Shown here piece after piece: positions 46,546-55,024 of a DNA stretch of 64,000 nucleotides (within the stretch, counting starts at the first letter, position 1; the number at the start of each line of letters is the position of its first letter). Location: IMG/VR virus record IMGVR_UViG_3300032265_002598, positions 137,068-201,067 of that record. The stretch is one strand, 5' to 3'. The position numbers were made by a program, and so were the translations under genes. The notes under the pieces are model-generated. The model had not been told where the DNA came from. It made no database searches and was given only the letters and a program-made list of their open reading frames with translations. Source of the stretch: a virus (taxonomy: Duplodnaviria > Caudoviricetes).

Positions 46546-46627
46546 AAGATGGTAACGGAATCGAACCGTTATTGTACGATAGCAGAAACTATATAGGTGC
46601 TACCTTACAAGTTACCAAACACCACCT
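46546..46627 (-). tRNA. tRNA-like element / probable pseudo-tRNA (anticodon not assignable)
   Basis: Acceptor AGGTGGT/ACCATCT and a perfect T arm AACGG-TTCGATT-CCGTT, but non-canonical D and anticodon arms. Confidence 0.45.
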
Positions 46628-46634
46628 TGACTAT

Positions 46635-47519
46635 CTAGTTATAAAAACCTTCTTCGTCCAACTCATCTTCATCGTCACTATCAAGATCGTCCTCATCCTC
46701 GTCCTCGTTATCAAACTGATCCCAATAACTCTCGTCATAATCATTCAGATAATCATCCTCATCATCTTCGTAATCATCTTCACTGAAATTGGCCTTGTAA
46801 AGAGGCTTGAGCAATTCGCCCTCATACTGTCCAACCACTTCGTAGCGACAAGTACGAAGCTTTTCACAATTAGAATCGCTTGGAACACTGACTACATCCT
46901 TGGGATTGATCTTAACGATCACAATACGATCTCCAGCTTCCAGACTACCATAATTAGCAACATAATTTAATGCTCCAGCATGAAGTCCATTAGAACAACC
47001 ACGACCACGATCATCGTCAACTTTTGCTCTTTGCATTTCGCAGACTTGACCAACACGGTTGTCAAAAACTCCTCTATACTTATCCTTAAAATCTGAACGA
47101 ACAGCCTTATAAGCGAGAAAGAAACCATCCTCAGTAATGGGAAGATGCTCATGCTCCAAGAAATCATACAGTTCTTTTTGACTCTGCATACTTGGATTTT
47201 CCATGATATTATTCAAGAAATTAACAAGGGGCTGAAAAGGTAATCCCTTGCTCATAAACTCCAAAATACGCTTACTAATACTACCATGAACTTCCTCGCC
47301 CTCATAAAGAACCTGTCCATTCTTGATCTCCACAAGACCATCGCTAAAAGCAGCAACAGCTTTCTGAACATCAACAACTTCCAGTAGTTCATCTGCCGTA
47401 GCAGTAGGAAGTCTTTCCAGAATCAACTTATAGTTGATATGATCTGGCAACACCTGATAACTCTGATTATTAAGAACCAGCGTCAAATTACCATCCACAA
47501 ACATAAACGGAACAGCCAT
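46635..47519 (-). CDS. rIIB: RIIB-like protein
   Basis: LYDFL..LPITEDG.FLAYKAV, CS.GLH, KINPKDVVSVP, KLRTCRYEVVG; acidic tail. Confidence 0.9.
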   Translation of the reverse strand: MAVPFMFVDGNLTLVLNNQSYQVLPDHINYKLILERLPTATADELLEVVDVQKAVAAFSDGLVEIKNGQVLYEGEEVHGSISKRILEFMSKGLPFQPLVNFLNNIMENPSMQSQKELYDFLEHEHLPITEDGFFLAYKAVRSDFKDKYRGVFDNRVGQVCEMQRAKVDDDRGRGCSNGLHAGALNYVANYGSLEAGDRIVIVKINPKDVVSVPSDSNCEKLRTCRYEVVGQYEGELLKPLYKANFSEDDYEDDEDDYLNDYDESYWDQFDNEDEDEDDLDSDDEDELDEEGFYN

Positions 47520-47563
47520 AATCCAAACTCCTAGTTTCTAGTTACGATACCTGTGATACTCTC

Positions 47564-47591
47564 ATTTTACACTAATCGGCAAGCTTGTCAA
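47564..47591 (-). promoter_or_regulatory. sigma70-type promoter of rIIB
   Basis: TTGACA-N16-TAAAAT with CCGAT in the spacer. Confidence 0.7.
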
Positions 47592-47612
47592 GGGGTCTTG
47601 AGAAATTTCTGA

Positions 47613-50303
47613 CTACTTGACTAAACTACTCAACTGAATTCTAAATAGGTCAATATTCTCTTGGCTCATCTGCATGATCCAATCCTTACCATCATTATTA
47701 TAATACGAGTGACGATCATCAAGCTGATTAATAGGATTCTTCTTAGCTCTTAGATCAGTAAGAGTTCCAGTAACTTGATGACTACCAAGAATATACTTTA
47801 GTATAGGATTCTTATCAAGTTCAGTTCTGACGCTCTCTCTAATCTTAGAGATTGCTGGAAGTTTAAAGTTTTCCTTAGACTCACCCTTAATAATCTTCAG
47901 ATAAGTTTCGGCCTTATCAGAATTAGATCCAGTATAAAGTGATCGACTAATCAAACTGGTCAAGACATTGTAGGCCAAACTAGCCTTACGAATATCCTTA
48001 CTATCTACTGATCGGATATTGGCTTTGTCCATTAACTTTGAGATATGAGAGAAATAATCTGATTGAGAAAATCTTTCAATCCTAAAGTTACTGTCATGAA
48101 CAGTATTAGCAAAGAATTCCATGAGCATAGTAGTGTCTATGCACTCAACTAGAGTCTTGCTACTAATAAACTTTTCATAATTCAACCCAAAAATATTCAG
48201 CATATGAAACATGAACTGCTTGTCCATAGTTCCGTGATTGTAATATCTATAATGGTTATTCTTATGTTCCTCACTTGCATATTCTTTCTTACAGAAGTCA
48301 ACAAGATCATTGAAAGAAGCCAAACTTGAAAAATGTTTCTGAGTAACAATCTTTAACTGACGCTTAAAGAACTCATTAAAACTGACAAGATTATACCCAT
48401 CATTTTGAAGCTTTTTAACAAAAGCATTTTTGATAGCATAAATCTTACTATCTCCCAGCAAATCCTTGACTATAAACTTCAAACTATCATCACCAAGAGT
48501 AGTGGTAATATCATTAATCTCAGGATGACCAGATTCAGCCTCAGTCTTATATCGAAGCATAGGAACGTACACTATCTCGTCCTGCTCTAGAAAATCTTCC
48601 AGTTGTTCTTCTGAAAGAATTCTTAGACAAGTAGCATCATTATAAGGATTGGTAATCTGCTTACTATCTTTGTCATAACCATGAATAAAGAATACATCTT
48701 GATCGCTTACGCTACCATTAGAGTTTCTATTGTAAGACTTTCTTGGGCCAGAACTTTGAGTAAGATGTTTGTAGTCTGAAACCTTTAGCAGATTTTCAGC
48801 ACCAACATCTTCAATCAGTTTATCAAAACCTTCTCCACTCTTGGTGTGGTCTTTAGTATCAAGCATCAAGTAGGCAAAACAATCATTACTATTGCAATAC
48901 TTTGTGATGATCTTCTTGGCTGTTTCTTCTCCCTTAACGTCACAGATAAAGAAAGCCATCGTGCCTTTTTTCCTCTGGTTATTCCAATAATAGGAACCTT
49001 TACCAGTAAGAGTTTCATGATGAATCTTATCTGTCAGAGCAACTTGGCGACGAGAACGATAGCCAGCAGTCTTATAATTAAAAACGTACAGACTCTTGCC
49101 AGCCGGAATTTTATATTCCAAGTCATTTCCAGAATTGATCGGATGATCTTTACCCTTGGGATCAGTCCAAGTGGCACCAACACCCCAGCCGCCAGCCAAT
49201 TCATTCATAGTATAATATGAAGTAATTGCTTCTACCTTGGTCTTGGATGCTTGAATTTTCTTGGAGAATTCTTCCTTCATCTCCATGTAAATTTCTTGGG
49301 TCTTTTTACGAAGAGCCTTAATTACATCCTTGGTATACTGCAAACCTTCGCGGCTAACGTCCATCTCAAGTTCACCGATACCAAAATCCAGTTCAAGATA
49401 AAGGCCAGAGTTAAGAATCTCTCCCACAAAACTCTTCCAAGAATCAATGTCTGCTTTCTGGAAAGCCCTATTCCACTTCTGAATATGGTCGGGCATTTCT
49501 TCCTTTTCTTGACCAACAATCTGTGCGGTTTGAACAGGATACGCAATATTTCCCATGATAGCGATGATACCACTATCAATTCGATGATAATTGCTGGGAA
49601 AATAACTGTTATCATTATTGAGTCGGCAAACTCTCCAACCCTCACCACTAATAACGATATTGGTATTGCTATACTTATGATCCATAAGATTTCCACCAAC
49701 ACCACCCTCAATGATGGGTTTCATTCGGAAGTAGTGAAAAATTCTCTTAGCCTTATCGGTGAACTCTTGAAAGTCATGCTGCTTAACAGCAAAACTAATC
49801 TCAAGACCATTAGGCTCAGATGTTTCGGCAGTATTAAAAAGATTCAGAGTAGGAACACCACTCTCATCAATTGCTGCAATATAGGTATATTTCTTACCAT
49901 TGTAATATGATGCAGTGGTAAAGCTCTTGGTGTAGGCAAACGGACTCTTAGACCCTAGACCAAGACAACCAACAAAATCATTGCTATCGTTCTTATTGGA
50001 AGCACCATAAGTTGTATACAAGTCCTCCATATCGGCCTGACTAAGACCAGTACCATAATCTCTCACCATAAAGGTAGGATTAGCAGCGGTGGGCAGAGTA
50101 ACCTTAAAGGGATTCTTATTACCGGCAGAGATATGACTATCATAAGCATTAGTAGAAAGCTCACGAATTGCTGCCATTACCTTATCAGAATAAAGAGAGT
50201 CTGAAAGGATTTTAAACATCTTGCTAGTCTGAGCGATGTTAAACTGATTCCTGCTTGCAACACCAACGCTGTGAGTCTCAATCGTCCTATCTGCCAACTT
50301 CAT
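47613..50303 (-). CDS. rIIA: RIIA-like protein (N-terminal GHKL/HATPase fold)
   Basis: LYSDK..AIRELSTNAYDSH, VRDYGTGLS, GCLGLGSKSPFAY; adjacent to rIIB. Confidence 0.9.
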   Translation of the reverse strand: MKLADRTIETHSVGVASRNQFNIAQTSKMFKILSDSLYSDKVMAAIRELSTNAYDSHISAGNKNPFKVTLPTAANPTFMVRDYGTGLSQADMEDLYTTYGASNKNDSNDFVGCLGLGSKSPFAYTKSFTTASYYNGKKYTYIAAIDESGVPTLNLFNTAETSEPNGLEISFAVKQHDFQEFTDKAKRIFHYFRMKPIIEGGVGGNLMDHKYSNTNIVISGEGWRVCRLNNDNSYFPSNYHRIDSGIIAIMGNIAYPVQTAQIVGQEKEEMPDHIQKWNRAFQKADIDSWKSFVGEILNSGLYLELDFGIGELEMDVSREGLQYTKDVIKALRKKTQEIYMEMKEEFSKKIQASKTKVEAITSYYTMNELAGGWGVGATWTDPKGKDHPINSGNDLEYKIPAGKSLYVFNYKTAGYRSRRQVALTDKIHHETLTGKGSYYWNNQRKKGTMAFFICDVKGEETAKKIITKYCNSNDCFAYLMLDTKDHTKSGEGFDKLIEDVGAENLLKVSDYKHLTQSSGPRKSYNRNSNGSVSDQDVFFIHGYDKDSKQITNPYNDATCLRILSEEQLEDFLEQDEIVYVPMLRYKTEAESGHPEINDITTTLGDDSLKFIVKDLLGDSKIYAIKNAFVKKLQNDGYNLVSFNEFFKRQLKIVTQKHFSSLASFNDLVDFCKKEYASEEHKNNHYRYYNHGTMDKQFMFHMLNIFGLNYEKFISSKTLVECIDTTMLMEFFANTVHDSNFRIERFSQSDYFSHISKLMDKANIRSVDSKDIRKASLAYNVLTSLISRSLYTGSNSDKAETYLKIIKGESKENFKLPAISKIRESVRTELDKNPILKYILGSHQVTGTLTDLRAKKNPINQLDDRHSYYNNDGKDWIMQMSQENIDLFRIQLSSLVK

Positions 50304-50343
50304 CTTTATTCTCCAAAAGTGTTATCGTTCCTGTGATAGCCCA

Positions 50344-50372
50344 AGTATACCATCGGCATACTGTCTTGTCAA
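50344..50372 (-). promoter_or_regulatory. sigma70-type promoter of rIIA
   Basis: TTGACA-N17-TATACT with CCGAT in the spacer. Confidence 0.8.
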
Positions 50373-50620
50373 GCATCACTTTTCTTTTGTGTGCTATCCG
50401 ATATGATCTTTAATCCTATTGCTATATCAATTAATCCCAAAGCTCTTAAAAAGGGTATAGGTAAAAAACAAACCCACCCACCAACAAAAATACAAACTAT
50501 TGCCATTATCCATTTGATCAAATTTGGCATCCAAGAGAATAATGATAGAAGATAACTAATTGGGCCTATTATTAGCACAGATAAAAAAATTATTGTTACT
50601 AGTAGAGCTAAACTAGCCAT
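50369..50620 (-). CDS. Small multi-pass membrane protein
   Basis: Almost entirely hydrophobic, 2-3 transmembrane segments. Confidence 0.6.
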   Translation of the reverse strand: MASLALLVTIIFLSVLIIGPISYLLSLFSWMPNLIKWIMAIVCIFVGGWVCFLPIPFLRALGLIDIAIGLKIISDSTQKKSDA

Positions 50621-50937
50621 TAGTATTGATCTTCTTCATCATCATTCTCTTCTACCTGATAATCTTCTTGTTGATCATAAGGAGTCCAATCTTCATGATC
50701 CTCTTCCTCTTCTTCATCAATATCTAAATCGTCTTGTTCTGTGAGAAGCATGGTAAATGTATTCAAGAGATCTATAGTTTGATCAAGCTTATTCTCTATT
50801 GTCTTAATTTTATTCTCAATATTCTTGATGCCTTTTTTAAGTTCGCTAATGTCTTTAGAGATATGAGCATCCATATTATGAATCTCCTTATTACTTTTCA
50901 TTACCTCTTTGATAACATCATCAATATTTTTAGACAT
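50620..50937 (-). CDS. Coiled-coil protein with acidic tail
   Basis: Heptad repeats followed by a D/E-rich tail. Confidence 0.55.
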   Translation of the reverse strand: MSKNIDDVIKEVMKSNKEIHNMDAHISKDISELKKGIKNIENKIKTIENKLDQTIDLLNTFTMLLTEQDDLDIDEEEEEDHEDWTPYDQQEDYQVEENDDEEDQY

Positions 50938-50947
50938 TTTGGCCTCT

Positions 50948-51304
50948 TTATTTTAGGCGTTTGTATTCTTTAATATCACCATTCTCCAGAATCTTATTGT
51001 GTTCATAGGGTTCAGCTACTCTACGATAAAATTCTTGCTTAATATTCTCTAATACACCAGTAATCATAGCAATTTTGGAGTAAGAAGTAGTACCCATCAT
51101 ATCTCCTAAAACTCTAGAAAAACAGTAATTAATGTCTCCAAGAACTGTTGTTAGTTCTTCATTAGATAAAGCTCTACCTTTAGTCATATGAGCATTAACA
51201 AAATATTGACCATTTTCTTTAATAGAATTGATCAAGTTTTCTATAGCATCATCTAAATTTTTTCTGTTTTTTTCACTAATATATGGCATTTTAAATTCCT
51301 TCAC
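50948..51304 (-). CDS. Hypothetical protein
   Basis: GDINY...GVLENIKQEFYRR..PYE..KI.ENGD, a pattern I associate with a conserved phage family. Confidence 0.6.
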   Translation of the reverse strand: MKEFKMPYISEKNRKNLDDAIENLINSIKENGQYFVNAHMTKGRALSNEELTTVLGDINYCFSRVLGDMMGTTSYSKIAMITGVLENIKQEFYRRVAEPYEHNKILENGDIKEYKRLK

Positions 51305-51845
51305 ATTTACATTTGTATTTCAAACAATAGGAACATTTGGGGCCGGGATCGGTATTTCCAAAATAATTAGAATGTCCTTCCCAAGTTTCTTTACCAGTAT
51401 CAATACATACTAATTTATTTTTACCATCTACTCTAATATAACCAATATTTTCCCAATGACAATCCCAAAATTTAAGTTTGGTTTTTATGTAAATTGTATC
51501 AACTAATTTTTGTATTCTAATTAATGGTATAGAATTTTTATCTAGTGTTTTAGCTATCTCTGTGATATATCCCCAACCACTTCTTTGGCCGGGGAACAAT
51601 GTATCATATTTCATCTTACATAATTTAGAATATACTTTTGGTGCAAGATTATGCCTGCTTAATTTAAGCTGAACTTTCCTAGCGTATTCAGCCCTAGATT
51701 TAGAGATAAATTCCTTAAAGGCTAAGTTCTTATGATTGAGGATACAATAAAATGTACAATATCCTCCTTGATCACTATATGAGTGTAGATCAATCTTATA
51801 TTTGGTGTTTATCATCTCAATAAGAAACAACCTGCACTTCTTCAC
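51291..51845 (-). CDS. Protein-kinase-like fold protein
   Basis: LAFK (ATP-binding Lys), APKVY, DCHWENIG (catalytic loop), CIDTG (DFG-like). Confidence 0.75.
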   Translation of the reverse strand: MKKCRLFLIEMINTKYKIDLHSYSDQGGYCTFYCILNHKNLAFKEFISKSRAEYARKVQLKLSRHNLAPKVYSKLCKMKYDTLFPGQRSGWGYITEIAKTLDKNSIPLIRIQKLVDTIYIKTKLKFWDCHWENIGYIRVDGKNKLVCIDTGKETWEGHSNYFGNTDPGPKCSYCLKYKCKCEGI

Positions 51846-52143
51846 CAGTTAAATAATATAGAAAATTAAGAGCTTTATCTAGATCATAAAACTCTCCAAG
51901 AAACATTGGGTCAGACATTACATCATCCATATATCTCTTGCCATAAATTTGATAGAAAGGCTCATCACATGATTCATTTTCAGTTGCTAAAAATTGAGCA
52001 GCAGTGTTGATCTCATCAATGTATGTGCCTCCGTCACAATCATTACATTCTCTTACTGTAACAAGAACAAAAGTATCTATCGGAGACTTAGGATTATGAT
52101 TCTTAACAGTCGCTCTACACAATCTATTTCCTTTGGGTCTCAT
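51817..52143 (-). CDS. Hypothetical protein
   Basis: Packed ORF. Confidence 0.5.
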   Translation of the reverse strand: MRPKGNRLCRATVKNHNPKSPIDTFVLVTVRECNDCDGGTYIDEINTAAQFLATENESCDEPFYQIYGKRYMDDVMSDPMFLGEFYDLDKALNFLYYLTGEEVQVVSY

Positions 52144-52145
52144 TT

Positions 52146-52382
52146 TTACTTCCTGTATAGTGGAACCACAGAACTTTGATCAACATGAATATTATTACAC
52201 AAACGAGGATCAAACAAATCCCCACGCTTATTTATTCTAGCCCAAGCAACGGGATTAGCAAGATTGTTTTCTTGAAGTTTTTTAAGTTCGTCTTTAGCAT
52301 TATTTACTACAAAACGATCAGCACCACTTGCCCAAGCAAACTCAATTAGATATTCAATAGGATTAGAATTTTGTTTCATCAA
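52146..52382 (-). CDS. Hypothetical protein
   Basis: Packed ORF. Confidence 0.5.
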   Translation of the reverse strand: MMKQNSNPIEYLIEFAWASGADRFVVNNAKDELKKLQENNLANPVAWARINKRGDLFDPRLCNNIHVDQSSVVPLYRK

Positions 52383-52588
52383 GAATTTTCCTTTATAATA
52401 ACTTCAGCACCAACAAACTCAGACTTATAATAGCCTGTTAAACTATCTTTCTGATAAACATCATGAACCATAAACTTAATATCCAAACCGTTGGGAGCTT
52501 CCATAATCTCACTATCAATATATCTCTCAATGGCTTTTTCAATATCATCAGGAGTTAAAGTAATATGTGTTCTGTTGTGGATTTTCAT
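52379..52588 (-). CDS. Hypothetical protein
   Basis: The track start lies inside the tRNA 3' exon; likely start is MKIHNRT after an AAGG RBS. Confidence 0.5.
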   Translation of the reverse strand: MKIHNRTHITLTPDDIEKAIERYIDSEIMEAPNGLDIKFMVHDVYQKDSLTGYYKSEFVGAEVIIKENS

Positions 52589-52608
52589 TAATAGTTCCTT
52601 TAAATTAG

Positions 52609-52883
52609 TAGGAGCGGTGAGAATCGAACTCACACTGGATGGATTTTCTTACCACTATAGTTTTCACTACCATTTCTGTTTGTGGTCTGGACTTTATCTT
52701 AACCATAACTTTCGTTTTAGGTTCCTGCCGTTAAGTCTCTACACCTTCTTAATATTTCTATTAAGCTTGGCTCGGTATTAGCAGTTAAGCCTTCACCGAA
52801 TTTGACAAGTTCTACATTAAAGATTTCTCTCTAAGCACTCAAATTGTATAAGTCCACTGTCTCTGCCGTTGGACTACGCTCCC
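52609..52883 (-). tRNA. trnL: tRNA-Leu(UAA) split by a group I intron (exon 1 52850..52883, exon 2 52609..52647)
   Basis: Spliced sequence GGGAGCG TA GTCCAACGGCAGAGAC A GTGGA CTTAAAA TCCAT CCAGT GTGAG TTCGATT CTCAC CGCTCCT A folds as a cloverleaf with A73; CCA not encoded. Confidence 0.92.
52648..52849 (-). mobile_element. Group I intron (IC3-like), 202 nt, no ORF
   Basis: Inserted after U34. P1 ACUU/GAGU with U.G at the splice site; P AAATTCGGTGAA, Q TAATACCGAGCCAAG, R GTAGAGACTTAACGG, S AAGATAAAGTCC; terminal G; GAAA-capped P2/P8/P9 helices. Confidence 0.92.
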
Positions 52884-52902
52884 ATTTACTTCCAAGCTAC
52901 AT

Positions 52903-52930
52903 ATCATAACGATTGGTTAGATTTTGTCTA
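52903..52930 (-). promoter_or_regulatory. sigma70-type promoter of tRNA-Leu
   Basis: TAGACA-N16-TATGAT, about 20 nt upstream of the tRNA. Confidence 0.6.
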
Positions 52931-52983
52931 GGTTGTCTCTACCAATATTTATGAGGGATGTAGCTGGAAGTTTTGGGTTAATA

Positions 52984-53268
52984 TCAACCGTTAGAATGAG
53001 CGGCCTTTAGGCGGCGAACAGTCTCAGCCATAGCCTCGACATTATCCACAGTCTTAATGGGCTTTGCTCGTTCCATAGCGGGAAGTTCAATCCCCTTAAC
53101 AGTCAGAGCGGCCTTTGTACGAGCATAACGAGCCATCGTACTAGCAACCTTCTGACCCGTCTTTGACGCAATCTCAGCATAAGTCTTACTGGAAAAAACT
53201 GCCTCAAGGAACTGGTCATCACTGCAACGAACACGACTCTGCTTCTCAGTAGTAGTAACTTCAGCCAT
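52984..53268 (-). CDS. Small putative DNA-binding (HTH-like) protein
   Basis: TYAEIASKTGQKVASTMARY; GGAGG RBS; likely start MAEVTT at 53268. Confidence 0.6.
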   Translation of the reverse strand: MAEVTTTEKQSRVRCSDDQFLEAVFSSKTYAEIASKTGQKVASTMARYARTKAALTVKGIELPAMERAKPIKTVDNVEAMAETVRRLKAAHSNG

Positions 53269-53328
53269 AATAAAATCCTCCAAATTATTAACCAATCTTA
53301 CAAACGAGGCTCAGTCGAACGACTGATC

Positions 53329-53946
53329 TTACCTCGCGTTGTTCCTTCGATTATACAGTATGGTATCGTCAATGTCAATAGGCGAACTTGAAATTTTTTT
53401 CGTTCTCGCCAGAAATTGTTGTTGAACGTCTTTAAAACTCCAAGGAGTACCAAACTCTACCCCATCTCTTTTATTATCGACTCCTACATCAAGCGTGAGA
53501 CTGCCAGAAATAACGTCCTCACGATGAAGTCTGCCATGAACATGACCATAGAGCATCCAGCTTTTCCTATAACTACCTGACCAACTTCTCATAGGATAAT
53601 GACACATAAATATTTTTTGATTGATATACAGAATCATTTTCTGATCAGAGACACTAGAAAATCCACTAGTGAATTTAGTTGGCTCATCATGATTACCAAG
53701 AATAACGTGAACATTTTCACAAGCTATTCTTTCTCTATAAGATAGAGCAGTGCCGCCTTTATGGCAGAAATCTCCTAGAACGTAAAGAATGTCATTTTTT
53801 CCAACTGTTTCGTTTATGGAAGAAATAATCTTTTCGTCCATTTCTTCACCAGTAGTGAACGGACGATTACAATATCCTATAATATTTCGATGTCCAAGAT
53901 GAAGATCAGCAGTAAAAAATACTTTCTGACCGACTATCTTATCCAT
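53329..53946 (-). CDS. Calcineurin-like metallophosphoesterase
   Basis: TADLHLGH, LGDF, LGNHD, CHYP, GHVH. Confidence 0.9.
   Translation of the reverse strand: MDKIVGQKVFFTADLHLGHRNIIGYCNRPFTTGEEMDEKIISSINETVGKNDILYVLGDFCHKGGTALSYRERIACENVHVILGNHDEPTKFTSGFSSVSDQKMILYINQKIFMCHYPMRSWSGSYRKSWMLYGHVHGRLHREDVISGSLTLDVGVDNKRDGVEFGTPWSFKDVQQQFLARTKKISSSPIDIDDTILYNRRNNAR
53350..53378 (-). promoter_or_regulatory. sigma70-type promoter
   Basis: Perfect TTGACA-N17-TATAAT with ACGAT in the spacer. Confidence 0.85.
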
Positions 53947-53950
53947 TATA

Positions 53951-54136
53951 TCAATCCTCTGTAGGCAACACTAAAGCAAAAAGTAAATAAACCCAAAACA
54001 AAATACTTCCAGTAAAAATTGCTCCAAGACAAAAACCTATTCTTAATAGAGCGGCATCTACTCCTAGATTTTCTGCTAGTCCTCCACAAACGCCGAATAA
54101 AACTCTGTTCTTATTACTCTTGTGAAGTTGGCTCAT
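53951..54136 (-). CDS. pspC: PspC-domain membrane protein
   Basis: LHKS.KNRVLFGVCGGLAE.LGVDA.LLRI...YL. Confidence 0.88.
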   Translation of the reverse strand: MSQLHKSNKNRVLFGVCGGLAENLGVDAALLRIGFCLGAIFTGSILFWVYLLFALVLPTED

Positions 54137-54228
54137 GGGTAGACCCTTTAATTATTTGTTGAATTTGATATTCATTATAGCCAGAGAGTAACATAGCTTG
54201 GTTAAATCCCATTACGGGAATCAATTCA

Positions 54229-54531
54229 TTAATCATGTTTTTCCTTTGTTGAGAATAAGGTAACTTTGATTATTATATAGCCATCTCGCCCACTGTCAAT
54301 GTTTTGTATCGCTGAGATTTTACCTTTACCCAAAAAAGAATCGCCCACTAATAAAAATGGGCCACCATCTAAGTTAGCAGAAGTTATTATTGATATATCT
54401 GATTGACAACCAAATCTAGCCCAATCGCTTTCTCCCTCAATCAAATATTCATTCTCACCAATTTGTGTTATTACTCTTTTATTTTTAGACCGTAAACACT
54501 GGCTCATTAAAAGCCTCACTATCAAGAACAT
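54229..54531 (-). CDS. Hypothetical protein
   Basis: Packed ORF. Confidence 0.5.
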   Translation of the reverse strand: MFLIVRLLMSQCLRSKNKRVITQIGENEYLIEGESDWARFGCQSDISIITSANLDGGPFLLVGDSFLGKGKISAIQNIDSGRDGYIIIKVTLFSTKEKHD

Positions 54532-54700
54532 AACCTTCGTTATTTTCTGACGTTAGATTATTAAGAACGTCTTTTAGATTGTTGTTTTCTCTTTCTAGAG
54601 TGGTAATAATTTTCTCAGCTTGATTTAAAGCTTTTTGTAACATCTTCACTCTATCAGCTAATTGATCATTCATATATTCTACTGCTGTTCTGACGACCAT
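54485..54700 (-). CDS. Small coiled-coil protein
   Basis: Heptad pattern; true start probably MNDQLAD. Confidence 0.5.
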   Translation of the reverse strand: MVVRTAVEYMNDQLADRVKMLQKALNQAEKIITTLERENNNLKDVLNNLTSENNEGYVLDSEAFNEPVFTV

Positions 54701-54737
54701 AATTAGCCTCCCTGTTATAAGTTAGGAAACCTTATAA

Positions 54738-54745
54738 TATACACC
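54738..54745 (-). promoter_or_regulatory. RGTGTATW motif upstream of 54485..54700
   Basis: GGTGTATATTATAAG. Confidence 0.5.
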
Positions 54746-55024
54746 TTAAAGGCTAAGTCCACTCAGGAATTTTTGTAAATCTTTTAATTGCTTTTTGTCT
54801 AGCACCATCTGATCAGAATAGGGTTTTTTATATACCAAAACCTGAAAACAATATCGTAGTCTCTGCCATAATGACATCTTATTACTATAATTTGTATAAT
54901 GTTCAAATATTGCAAGATCAGCGATATCTATTTCATGATCATATTCGATCACTAAAATTTCACTCTTACAAGAACACGGAATGAAAATTGTTTTATTTTC
55001 TTTTAGATTCGTTACGCTTCCCAT
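54746..55024 (-). CDS. Hypothetical protein
   Basis: CSCKSE, SLWQRLRY. Confidence 0.55.
   Translation of the reverse strand: MGSVTNLKENKTIFIPCSCKSEILVIEYDHEIDIADLAIFEHYTNYSNKMSLWQRLRYCFQVLVYKKPYSDQMVLDKKQLKDLQKFLSGLSL

Noticed and set aside
46218-46970. 250-aa plus-strand ORF, and likewise 49251..49910, 48846..49220 and other plus-strand ORFs in the track
   Set aside because: They lie antisense to well-supported minus-strand genes (primase, rIIB, rIIA and others), have no motifs and show the Ile/Phe/Leu-rich composition expected of codon-bias shadows
52589-52633. Track N terminus MSSILTAPT of ORF 52379..52633
   Set aside because: It is the T arm and acceptor of tRNA-Leu read as codons; the real start is probably downstream
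52491-52781. Plus-strand ORF across the intron, a possible homing endonuclease
   Set aside because: Antisense to the tRNA/intron, no LAGLIDADG, GIY-YIG or HNH motif; the 202-nt intron is fully accounted for by the ribozyme core
53310-53326. TCAGTC-GAAC-GACTGA hairpin as part of another tRNA
   Set aside because: An isolated 6-bp stem in an mRNA leader with no acceptor, D or anticodon arms
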